A DNA stretch of 64,000 nucleotides, from assembly GCA_002269645.1 (NCBI GenBank), contig NIVC01002184.1, positions 131,106-195,105 of the forward strand, given 5' to 3'. The DNA is from Macrostomum lignano. Taxonomy: Eukaryota. Made by a program: the position numbers and the translations under genes. The notes under the pieces are model-generated. The model did no database searches. It was not told where the DNA came from and saw only the letters and a program-made list of their open reading frames with translations. Shown piece by piece: positions 16,564 through 31,412 of the stretch (the first letter of the stretch is position 1; each line of letters opens with the position of its first letter).

Positions 16564-17568
16564 TTAGGCAATCAGCCGGAAGTACTGGCGGATCTCTTCC
16601 TCCGACATTTCAGCACTGGCGAAGGCTAGACCTTTCAGGGTGCCTGAGAACATCCAGTTGCTAGGGCTGGCCACCCGCATGCCGAAGTACATGCACAGCT
16701 TGCTTATGGGGACTTCGCCGTCAGTCTTTAAAATAAGACTTGACTGTGGTAGGAATGAATCATTGTAGAACATGCCGAACGACCCTCCGCCCCCCGGACT
16801 AGCGATGAATGCGAGGTTCAGCCATTCGTCGGGCTGGTCGGACAGAAGACCCTGTGGTGAGAAAACCGTATTCAGCAAAGTCCCAGTCAGCTTGCCTGCT
16901 CGAACAAAAAACTGTCTTGGAACCTCGTACTCCCACACGTGAGCATCATACTCCATGCTGCTTCCCAGGGTGCTGCAGTCGGTGAACTCAACGAACGGCT
17001 GCACCTGCGGCCGCCTCTTGAGCCTCAGCAGCCAGGTGAGACCGGAGGCGAAGCTGATGCTGGACTTGTTCAGCACGGCGAACGCTGTCAAGCCGTCGAA
17101 CACCGCGCCTTCGCTTCTCCACTCGACACCCGACGGGTGCAGGCGGTTCGTTTCCTCATCGTCCTGGCACACCAGGTTCTCCAGCCGGCTGGCGCCGCCG
17201 GCCAGCCACAGGTTGCTGAGCTTGGCGTTCAGCGATCGGCGGTTGACGGGAAACCGGAGGAACACCGCGCAGCCGGGCGACTGGCCGGCAGTCAGGTGGC
17301 GGCAGACGGACTGGAAGCTGAAGATGGTGCAGACTCGGCTGGGCCGGTCGAACTGCGCCACCAGAGCTCCGGTCGGGAACTGTTCGTCAGCCAAGATGAC
17401 GCAGTGAGTCTCGGAGTTTCCAGTGAGTCGAGCGATTGAGTTCGTCAGGGTGTTGGGAGTGCATAGCGCATTCTCCTGCCTCCACAGAGACTGTTTGGCT
17501 CCAGCCAAGCCTGCTGGCAACTCTACACTGATGCAGACACTGAGCACAGAAAGCAGCAACTTGAGCAT
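16564..17568 (-). CDS. Secreted protein, 334 aa, intronless: Cys-containing PAN/apple-like N-domain plus LamG/concanavalin-A-like C-domain
   Basis: Signal peptide MLKLLLSVLSVCISVELPAGLAG (ATG at 17568, preceded by tctgcag|aaatt). LamG_3-like ends GAVFDGLTAFAVL and FSGTLKGLAFASAEMSEEEIRQYF. Domain calls are by motif resemblance only. Confidence 0.65.
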   Translation of the reverse strand: MLKLLLSVLSVCISVELPAGLAGAKQSLWRQENALCTPNTLTNSIARLTGNSETHCVILADEQFPTGALVAQFDRPSRVCTIFSFQSVCRHLTAGQSPGCAVFLRFPVNRRSLNAKLSNLWLAGGASRLENLVCQDDEETNRLHPSGVEWRSEGAVFDGLTAFAVLNKSSISFASGLTWLLRLKRRPQVQPFVEFTDCSTLGSSMEYDAHVWEYEVPRQFFVRAGKLTGTLLNTVFSPQGLLSDQPDEWLNLAFIASPGGGGSFGMFYNDSFLPQSSLILKTDGEVPISKLCMYFGMRVASPSNWMFSGTLKGLAFASAEMSEEEIRQYFRLIA

Positions 17569-18254
17569 AATTTCTGCAGAATTTGCTATCCGAAAATCAG
17601 AATGTAGCTGTCGAACGCAAAATTGGAAGTATTGAATTTGTAGCGATGCAGAGGCAATCATAAGTTATCTCGTAGCTATATACCCGCTTCTGGTTCTGGC
17701 AATTTCGATTTTGAATGCATTCCCATCACTCAAATTCTTATGGGAGCTTCTCACATCTGTCCTTTCAATTCATTGTTCAGCAATTCATCGTCTGGAGAGT
17801 TGAGGTGCTACAGGTTGCTGTTTCTGGGAGCCAAACAGATGTTCCTTGTTGAAATTTCTCGAAAGATACTAAATATTCGCAAATCACTTTTGAAGACATT
17901 TTCAAGGACCATTCAAATGCTTATTATACGTACGCATTCATGAACATTTTAGCAATTGGGCCACATTCCCGTCGAAAAACTCGTGCAAATGCATGGGTTT
18001 GAAGAGAATTAAGGACGTATTGAGGAAGGAACCAGAATCTGTGGAGGAGATCATCAAACGGAGAAAGCTCAAATAGAGGAAGGGGTGCACAAATGGGTGC
18101 GCCCACGGCCATGACGGCTGCGGTAAAAAGAAGAAGAATAAGCTAAAATTAGCAGCAATGAATCATCATGCCAGACTACTGATTGCTCACGCGAGTCTAT
18201 GGGGCGGGCTAAGTTTGAGAGCAAATTCAGAAATTGAGCAGCAGGCGAGCGAGC

Positions 18255-21200
18255 ATGACGGCAACAGCTTGCTTTTGCACTCGAAAGCTGTCAAGGTCGA
18301 GCATGACTGAAACAAGCATCGCATCGTCGACCGATGGGAATGCCAGCAATGATGTCTTGGTCGGCAGAGGCAACGGCGCGCTGCAACAGCTGGCCTTCCC
18401 GCTGATGACGCAAGACCTAGCCGGAGGCTGCCTGCCTCATCACCTACAGACCGCCTATCATGAATTCATGGACGGCCACAAGCTGGATTGGATGACCGCC
18501 GATCTGTCCTTCCTGAACACGCACTCGATCAACTTCGTGGACTGTCAGGAGACCCGTTCTGTGAATGCGTTCTCGGTTGGCTTCCACAGCGGCTTCTTCA
18601 ACTCGCTGTTCAAATACAGCCCGCAGAAGTGAGTTGTTAACTGTGTTGTGGTCAGCCGGGCATTAACGGTTTTTCAGCGATATGCAAGCTCACTACAAGA
18701 ACCAACGCTGAAAATCCAAACAAAACAATCGATGACGTGGTTCCCATGGAGTTCAAGAGCTCTGTAGTCTGTTTCAGCCTCCGTCAGCACGGTCTGTTCA
18801 AACCCATTTCAGCCGCGTGGAGCTCCGGCTGGGGTGGCTCAACTGCCTGTGCGGCAGCATTTCAACAGCTCTGGCCGGAATCAGCCTACGAAAATGCCGG
18901 GTCGCAGTCACCGAAGAAAACTGCCTGTCGCTGTTTCTGGCCTCCGACTTTATCCTTTGCGAGCCGCTGCGCGCCCAGTGTCTGCGCTTCATCGAACGTC
19001 GCTGCTCGGTTGACCCGCAAGCCGCTTTGGGAATCTGGCAGTTCTCTCGGCTGTTGAATCTGCCAGACCTCACCCAGGTCAGCCTGCGCTGCGTGCTGCG
19101 TTCCTTCTCGGAGCTCCGTCTGACTGACAGTTTCCTGCAGTTGGACACAGACGCGTTGATTGCCATTCTGAGTCACAAGCTGCTCAACTGTGCGTCGGAG
19201 CTGCAGGTTGGTTGGTCGATTGGAATTTCGGTTAGTTTGGAAGTGCATTTGGGATACTCGTATTTGAGTATCCTGCGTGTCTCCGTGATTGACACACAAC
19301 AGCTCAGTGAGCTCTAAATGGAGTCACCCTGCAGAGCACCTAGAGTTTCTCCATGAGGTCCAGCTGAAGTTGAACAGAGGTGCTACATGTAGCTCTTACG
19401 CTAGACATTTCGATGCGATGAATCTCTCTAATACGTAGACAAGAAAGCACACCAATTGTAAGCAAGCATTCCTATTACTGTTGTTAACAGAAGGCCAGCT
19501 CCAACGCTTTGCAGGTGCTGCAGACGATCAGCCAGTGGCTGCAGCGGCAGCCGGAGAACCAGCCGCAGGAGCAGCGGAAGCAGCAGATCGAGCGGCTTCT
19601 CTGCTGTGTCCGCTTCGGCCATATGGAGTCTGACGAGTTCGAGGCGGCGCTGCGGGAGCCGCTGATCACCGGCAACCAGGAGTTTCTCGACTTCGTGCGG
19701 ATTTTCCCGCTGTCGAGCTCCTTCAGCGACAGGCACCAGGCTGAGCTGGCCAAATCCAAGCCACCTCGCTGGCCTCATCAGGTACTAGTTGGTCCATTGT
19801 TGCAGTACATCAATTTTCTCTACGAGTCGTACGAGCGTATTCTCTTGAAGACATGTTTGCTTGAAAATTACCAATTATATATGCGCAACATATATAAATG
19901 AAAACAATATCCTTGCACAAGTAGCCTCGATAGGATGCGAGACTTGTAATCCTGCCCATTCCGCTGACTCCTGAGCACAGCCAATACTGTACGCAGGTAC
20001 TCACTCACACACACGCTCACACAGGGTGTACAGCGGCCCTGACTTTCTAATCATCAGGCATGTACACTATCTGTGCCTTGGTGGTTGGCCCTCATGGGTG
20101 TTGGGTGTTTCTAATCATCAGGCATGTACACTATCTGTGCCTTGGTGGTTGGCCCTCATGGATGTTGGGTATTTCTAATCATCAGGCATGTACATTCTCT
20201 GTGCCTTGGTGGTTGGCCCTCATGGGTGTTGGGTGTTTCTAATCATCAGGCATGTACACTATCTGTGCCTTGGTGGTTGGCCCTCATGGGTGTTGGGTGT
20301 TTCTAATCGTCAGGCATGTACATTCTCTGTGCCTTGGTGGTTGGCCCTCATGGGCGTGACCAGGCGACCGACAACCCCTGTTCACTGTCCAATTTGGTGC
20401 AGAAGCCTCAGGTTATTGTGGCCGCGCAAGGAATTGAACCAAGGAGGTCGTGAGGCGAGAGGCTCAGACCCGTTTATCGCTGGGCTGCTCTTCTCATTTC
20501 ACTTACAAGTACATGTATATTTTAATCTATCGACGGTCGTTGAATTGATTCCTGCAACAAAATCCAGCGCAGATGTTCAGTGAAGTTTGATAATTAGGAA
20601 AATTAGAGCTCACGTTGGGCAAACCGACTCGTGCGTGCAGGTGCTGCTTCTACTCGGCGGCTGGTATCGTCGACACGGACCGACGGCCTTCTGCCAGGTG
20701 TACGACCCCCGCGCCGACGTATGGGACCTCCGCTCGCCGGATGCAGCCCAGCGCCACCAGGTTGGCTGGCTTGACGAACGCTCGCACGCCTGCTGCGCTC
20801 TGCTCGGCGACGTTGTTCATTTTGTCGGCGGTTACAGCGGCGCTGAGGCGCTCAAGTCGGTGCTGTGCTTCGACAGGCGACGCCCGCACCTTGGTTGGTA
20901 CGAAGGCTCCTGCATGCTTCAGGCAAGGTTAGTTGCGAGAAATCTTGAAGGGCATTTTCTAGTGAGACTGCGTTTCGCCAAGGTACCCCAGGTAACCCTA
21001 GTACGCGTCATATTAGTCAATAAAGAGCGCTGTTGTCCTTTAGAAGCCTGTTTTACTATTCAAGTAATATTCGATGCTTTAAGGCCTACTCTGCTCACCC
21101 ATTTCCCCAGGTACTACCACTGCTGCGCCGCACTGGACAACTACCTCTACAGCATCGGTGGGCAGACTGCCGAGCGTCGGCTCATCCACGTCGAGCGAAT

Positions 21201-22050
21201 GCGAAGTAACGACAACAGCTGGGTGGCCATCGAGCCGCTGCGACGGCCGCGCTGCGAGGCCGCTGTTGTCGCCCTCGCCGAACGTCTGCTCGTAGTCGGC
21301 GGCTTCGACGGTCGGGCGCACCTGGACACTGCCGAGACCTTCTGCCCAGCTGCCGGCGAGTGGACTCTGCTGACCGGCTTTTTAAACTCGCCGCGCACCG
21401 GCCTCGGCCTAGTGCTCAGTCCGAACGGCCGAGGCGGCGTCTTCGCCGTGTGCGGCCGCAACTCGGCCGGCTGGCTGCGTACCGTCGAGAGCTGGCTGGG
21501 CGAGTCAAAAGGATGGCGGCTGCACTGCGAGGTCCTCGCCTCCTGCATGCAGTTTTGGGATGGGCAGGCGGTACACGTAGCGCCACTCTGAGGGTCTTGT
21601 TAGCTGGGGCAAAATTACACAGAAGCTTTGCGCTAGCATTCCGTGTCTCCCGAAATTTGAACTCTGACCCCTGGCAACTTACCCACTGTTACTCGAGCGA
21701 GTTTTAAAACCCGACCCTCCCGTCCGCAGATGAGCCGGCCGCGCAGCAACTTTGGCTGCTGCATCCTGGACGGCCGTATCTTCCTCCTGGGCGGCATCTG
21801 CGGCCCCAGCGAGAAGGAGATCATGGCCTCGGTAGAGTGGCTTGAGCCGGGCACCAAACGAATGGGCACGGCCCACGCCATGCCCTTCCCAGCCTCCGGT
21901 CTGACCACCTGCGTCCTGGACCTGCTGGACTACTCAGAGGAGCTGGCTAGGCAGCGTCGGCGAAAGTCCAGCAGCCCGGACGGCTTCTGCCCAGCGCCGA
22001 TGCGGCTGCTGACTGATGAAGACTCCGACGAGCTTCCGGACGATGACTGA
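18255..22050 (+). CDS. BTB-BACK-Kelch (KLHL-like) protein, paralog 1
   Basis: Exons 18255(or 18303)..18628, 18813..19206, 19515..19781, 20641..20927, 21111..21531, 21730..22050, with consistent phases. BTB end VTEENCLSLFLASDFILCEPLRAQC; BACK FLQLDTDALIAILSHKLLNCASELQV; Kelch GG motifs (LLLGGW, HFVGGY, YSIGGQ, LVVGGF, FLLGGI). The exon-5 donor (GAG|gtcctc) is the least certain. Confidence 0.9.
20043..20352. repeat. Intronic 64-bp minisatellite, about 5 units
   Basis: Period 64 (ctaatcatcagg at 20047 and 20111; ORF starts 20060/20124/20188). Lies in intron 3 of Kelch gene 1. Confidence 0.95.
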
Positions 22051-22561
22051 CTGACCGTCATTTGCAGCGCTCATTTTCTGAAAAGTTCCAGTGAATGCCT
22101 GTTCTATGCAAGCTTTTCTATCGTTTTAATTAGAAGTAGAAGACTGTAAAAAACAGCGACTGCGGCATCAACTATTGTGTATGGGGAAAATACATTGCAC
22201 AAACTAATTCGACAAGTCTTGAGTCATTTCAGATGCATTACAATTACCGATTGAATGAAAAACTATGATTGGTGTCTGTTTATGTACGACGTAGTAGAAT
22301 GTAGCACACCTCTGCCGCGAGGATAGCCGCGGAAATTCCGTGGGTGTCTTTACATGTACATAGGGATAGGGCTCCGAGGGAATTCCGTGGACCGCGGAAG
22401 TAAAAAGTTTACCTGGTGTCCAGAGCTACTAAAAAAACTGGATAGGCCACTCCAGATTTCTACAACTTTCTCCCTACTTTCAGTTCAGTAGCAAAGAAGA
22501 ATACAAGCTGTTTTATAAAAATAAAGGCAGCTGAAATAACTTTGATAAGTTTCGACGCTCA

Positions 22562-23033
22562 AGCCAAGGACCACTAGAAGAAGAAAGACGGGACACTTTG
22601 TTTCTTGGAAAATTTATTAAAGGCTGATTTTCACGGAAAAATGCACTAGCGAGATAGGAAATTTTCACTTCTTTCACTTTAAAATGGTGATTGCTTTTTA
22701 TTGGAAGCAGATACAAAGCTATATATGCCCAATTCACTGCTTATTCATTTTATTTTTGTACTTTTTATATAAAATAAGTAGCTATAGTAACTAAAATAAT
22801 ATGAAGATCAATTATTCATGAAAAAATCTTTATTAAATCCGTCGAAGCAACATGTTTTTGTAAGTAATATCAAAAGAAGAGCTTTGTATCTGCTTCCAAT
22901 AAAAAGCAATCACCATTTTAAAGTGAAAAAAGTGAAAAATTTCCTATCTCGCTAGTGCATTTTTCCGTGAAAATCAGCCTTTAATAAATTTTCCAAGAAA
23001 CGAAGTGTCCCGTCCTTCTAGTGGTCCTTGGCT
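22562..23033. mobile_element. Foldback/MITE-like element with about 155-bp inverted arms and about 160-bp AT-rich spacer
   Basis: 22562..22720 (agccaaggaccactagaag...gcagatacaaagct) is the reverse complement of 22880..23033 (agctttgtatctgc...ctagtggtccttggct), apart from a few substitutions and small indels. Classification as mobile is inference; no TSD established. Confidence 0.7.
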
Positions 23034-24367
23034 CAAGCTTGCAGGCGTAAACAACCTGCTAATTGGTTCAGCCATAATGTACATTGGCCAGTCAACTGAG
23101 ATGTACATGGCAGCTTTAGGCTGAAACTCCGAGAGAGACAATAAAAATTGGGGCGGGGCGTTGGGGGGGGGGGAGGGGGTAGTGCGGAAAGGCGCGATTG
23201 GGGGGTTTAGGCTGGGGGCGGGGGATAAAAGCCAATAAATGAGCCTTAGCTTTAAAAATACATTTAACTGCTTCTGTTCAACGTACTACTGAACTGAAAG
23301 TAGCTTACACGCTAATGTGCTGAGTGGCCCATCCAGTTATTCTAGTATCTGTGCTGGTGTCAAAATCTAAGCATTTGTCCTCAATGCAGTTGAATTCTGT
23401 ACGAAAGCACTTGATTTTGGCATTTTAATTTCTTAATAAGAAATTATGCATCAGTTTAACTTTTTATTCAAATAAATTAATGGAGTATTTACTTTATTAA
23501 TATTAAAAAATATTAATTACGAGTTAGGCTAAATATTCAATAAAACGATGTTTTAAATACAAATCTCTCTCCTTTCTGGGGGTGGTGGCTGCGTTTCTAA
23601 ATCAAACTGGATGCTAAAGTATTATCAGTTTTATTGTTGCTCCCCAGCAGCCCAGTCGGAGTTTGACTTGGCAGCCAAGGACTGCTCAATTACATGTAGT
23701 AGATGAACGGGAAACTATGTTTCTTAGAAAATTTTAGGAGGCAGGTCTTACAGACAAAAATACATTACAGAGATTTGTGGTTTTCATTTTTCAGCACAAA
23801 AATTGTTATTGCCTTTGATAGGAGGCTAGGAGGCAGATAGGAAGCTAGGAGCTAGAAGCTAGGAGCGGCTATTTTTAACACAGATCTGAAAAAGCAATGC
23901 TTACAAGTCACTGAATGCATACGGGGTAGGGTTATTTTATGTTCAATTAGTTTCTTTAATTCAAAGAAATGTCTCAAAATGAAATTCGGTTGCAATGTCA
24001 GTCGCTGTCTGCTTTGTCACTTCTGTCAAGCGAGTGAACTCTTCAATGTGCGCCAGCACGCGAGCTCACAAGAACGACAGTATAATATCAATTTGAGCTC
24101 ACTGGGTAATTTTAAAACAATTGCCCTCCTTTGCTACTTTGGAGGCTGCCCAAGCGACAAGAGAAGCTCAATGGTCAGCGCACTCAGACACAACTCAAAG
24201 CGTGTGGCATCAATCAGCTGAAGATTTTCGGCATGCCAAATACGCTAGCCCTCCTAAACTAAACTTAATTCTAAGGTGAAAACCTGCACCTAATTTTGAA
24301 ACCCAACCAACCGTAAACACAAAAATTAACCGTAACCTGAATACCAATTCATAAATCTATAGATTGA

Positions 24368-24540
24368 AACCCTAACCCTAATAAAACCCTAACCCTAACC
24401 CTCATAAAACACTAACCCTAACCCTAATAAAACCCTAACCCTAACCCTAATAAAACCCTAACCCTAATATAACCCTAACCCTAATAAAACCCTAACCCTA
24501 ATATAACCCTAACCCTAATAAAACCCTAACCCTAACCCCT
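24368..24540. repeat. Interstitial telomere-like array: (CCCTAA)2-3 blocks separated by TAAAA/TATAA
   Basis: Reads TTAGGG on the minus strand, with regular 5-nt interruptions. Confidence 0.9.
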
Positions 24541-24750
24541 AATTGTCAGCACTCAATTAGTCAATCAATGCAGATTCTGACTACATGGTCAATCTTTGAA
24601 TGAGCAAGAATTACCTTGTATTATTTAAGTCAAGGGTGGGTACTTTATAGGTGCTAAAGAAAGTCTCTATTGCTGGTGCAATATGCATTTGCTTAACGAA
24701 GTTATCATGCTTCGTTCCGTCTTCCAGCAAGACAGTCGGCGAGGCAGTGT

Positions 24751-28483
<3,733 letters not shown>

Positions 28484-30039
28484 TTCGCGGCTTTGGACGA
28501 GCCCCCAGCTGAAGCTTTTCCATTTACTTTCGAGAATCTCTTGCTACTGTCATAGTTTCCTTACTCTTCCTCACCAATGTGGGCTATACTATTAATCACC
28601 GAAAAAGTGTTTAGCCACTCAGATTTCAATCGTTAGTGGTGAGGAATTCTGATTGGCTATTAAATGGTTTTTTGCTGCTAAACTGCCCGATTTCCATTTA
28701 GGCGCCATCCAGTCATTGAAGAAATTCTAGAACCAAATGCCGTACCTTGCGCAAGACACCTTCAACCCCTCGCAAACTGCCCACAAAAGTTTACCTGGGT
28801 GTCACTTTTCGCGTCATAATTAGCTTAGCTAAACAATAACCCCCCTAAAACCTTCGGTCAAGTAGAATGGTAATTTCCTTGTATTGAAGGTGCAACACGC
28901 CACAAAGCCAATCCAGTGAGGCCTGTATGTTTGCTGCAAGGGATGTCAATAGGATTCCCTGGCATGCCAGACAGAAATATCAACCTGAGGGCGGAGTTAT
29001 TCACGGACAACCAAAATAGCACTCACCACTTGCGCGTGCATTTATTCCGAATCAAGACGAATATTAGGTTTTGTTTAGGACTTTACGAATTCCGTGATTA
29101 TTCTAGCCAAAGTGTGTTCAGGTCAGGAAGTGCATGTAGACGAAGTAACGGTTGTACCAATCGGCCGTTCGTGGTCCGGTCACTGTAAAAGGCACTGAAC
29201 TCGATTTCGGCAGGTGCAAATGCAGATGCAGCAGTCATTTTCCACTTAATTTTCTGCGCAGGTTGCAGGTGGCTTGTTTTGTTAGTTGTTTGTTAGTTGT
29301 TTGTTAGTTGAAAAATCGATGGAATGGCTCCTGGATGCAGCGGCCTTTCGCACATTTGCTAAGAGACCTTAAATTGCTCAACGAAGCAAGATGGAGAGAA
29401 GTCCATTCTCTCTATTCTATATGGTCAACAGATGGTCTGTGGAGGCATAGATATATACAGAATATAGACTGCGAATCTCGGGGGCTGCCCAGGCTCGTTG
29501 TGGGACAAAAAAGCAATACAAAAATTGGTCCTTCGCCCACTGCCCCTTTCGATAGATATGAGGAACAAAAATTAGTTAATAGAGAGGACAGATTGAAGAG
29601 AAGTAGAGAATAAAAGAGAAGAAGGAAAAAAATTCTTGCATATTGAAACTGTGATTCCACTGGTATAAGTTTGAAAATGGGTACCGGCTATTATTCACAC
29701 TGGGTAAACTGTATTCAATATCTAATACGTAAAACCCACAGTTCGGCCAAACGTTTTTCCTACTGGGTTTACGAAAAGAAACTTTATGTATACTCAGCAA
29801 CATTGTAAAGTCGCCACCCTATGCGCCAGTGAGCAATTTCTCTTGGACTCGTCAGAATACGAGAAAACCGATCGGGGTAGCGTTAGTCCAAACCTCGCAC
29901 ACCGCTCCCCCAGGTCCACGGAATTTCCGCGGCTTTCCCTTCGGCAGAGTTTTGCTATCCTTTACTACTGTTTTACCCTAATCAAGCTGGGGTCTAGTTG
30001 CAACTGCACAACCCTTAATTAAAAGAAAATTTTCCCAAA

Positions 30040-30188
30040 CGTGTTTGTCATCGTCGGATGCAACAGCCAGCAATTATATGACACGGCCGAGATCCACTGC
30101 CCGATGAATGAGCGGCACGTGGACGCTCGTGTCCTCCCGACTGTCGGCTGCCCCTATTAGACACTTTTGTGATTGGCCAGTCGGTGTA
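30040..30188 (+). pseudogene. Degenerate Kelch-repeat fragment homologous to paralog 2
   Basis: tgacacggccgagatccactgcccgatga / gtggacgctcgtgtcctcc / ttgtgattggccagtc align colinearly with 38700..38810 (tgacacggccgagatctactgtccgatga / gtggacgctcgtgccctcc / ttgtgattggccagtc), with indels and a stop. Confidence 0.75.
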
Positions 30189-31412
30189 AGCATTGTAATA
30201 CTATCTGAATTTTCAGTGTGATCTGGTAAATAAGACAGAATGCTGATGTGATAGCTTTATCAACTGAGGCAGTAGTGTTGCATTGTAGGAGTAAGAAAGT
30301 GCGCGAGAGCTTAGCTGAATGTGTTGATTAGTTGGCACTGAGGCGGTTGGTGCGGACAGATAACAAGTGCGCATGGGTTCAAGGAATACTAAAGTGCGTA
30401 GAAGGACACAACACGCGAAATCTATGGGATGAGGCGGAAGGCCTTTTAGTTTCAATAGATGGAATGGCAGCGAAGATTTTTGCACTGCATTGCGCGTATA
30501 TTTATACAAGTGAAAACAGCGCGAGATTATTGAGGGTCCGAGGGAGGTGCGCACATGTGGAGTGGCGTGATTGGCTACGCCAACCCCCTGGCTTAGCGAG
30601 CCGGCTAGCGCGGTGCGCCACCACCCCACCTCAGCTAGACAGAGGTTGGCGGGGGGGTTTCCAGTGCGGCTGCACTGGTGCTGCCGGTCGCATAGTCTGG
30701 CCGCCACAGGGAAATATTTTGAAGGTCACTTTACCAAACAATGTCACTTTTGAATGGATGCACGTGGAGATGTCTTTTCTCGCTGGGACCATCGAAATTT
30801 ATTCCCCTTTAGGATAAAATAGCATTCGCGGCTTTGGCTCTAACTCTTCGAGGGGTTCGATTAGCCGAGTAGAATCTGTAAACAATATAAATAAATGTTA
30901 GTTGCAAAGCGTTAGCATCCAGCTAAATGTTTATCTAAAGTGGCCTTCAAAACTTTTTCCATGAAACGTGAATGTCGCGTTCTGTATATATGTCGTTTTA
31001 GTTGTCCTTGTATGGGCTGGGGTTGAATACTCGGGAAAAATCAGGTCCCTCTGGAAATCTGGCACGTGCAGACAGGATCTGCGTGCGTTATTGTTTTGCA
31101 AAATGTTTTGCATGATTGCGGAATTGAGGAATGCAGATTACCGAATTGAAAGGATATCTGCTTCATGTAGCCAGACATTAACTATAAAAATATCACAATA
31201 TTTATAGTGTCTACGGTAGAATTTTATCTACAATATAGAAAAAAGTTTATTATGTTCTATGGCAATTCATTTCGTATCATTCACATGTGGCATCTAGTGA
31301 TCTAGTGTTTTTCAAGTATTACAAGGAAGCAAGTCGCCTTTGGCCTAGATGACTGAATGACAGACTGAGGAGTTCACAATTGTTGGCAGTAAAATCATTA
31401 AACTAATCTGCC

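Noticed and set aside
30826-30870. ggttcgatt B-box-like motif (also ggttcaaatt at ~40660) as tRNA or SINE
   Set aside because: No cloverleaf stems or A box could be built.
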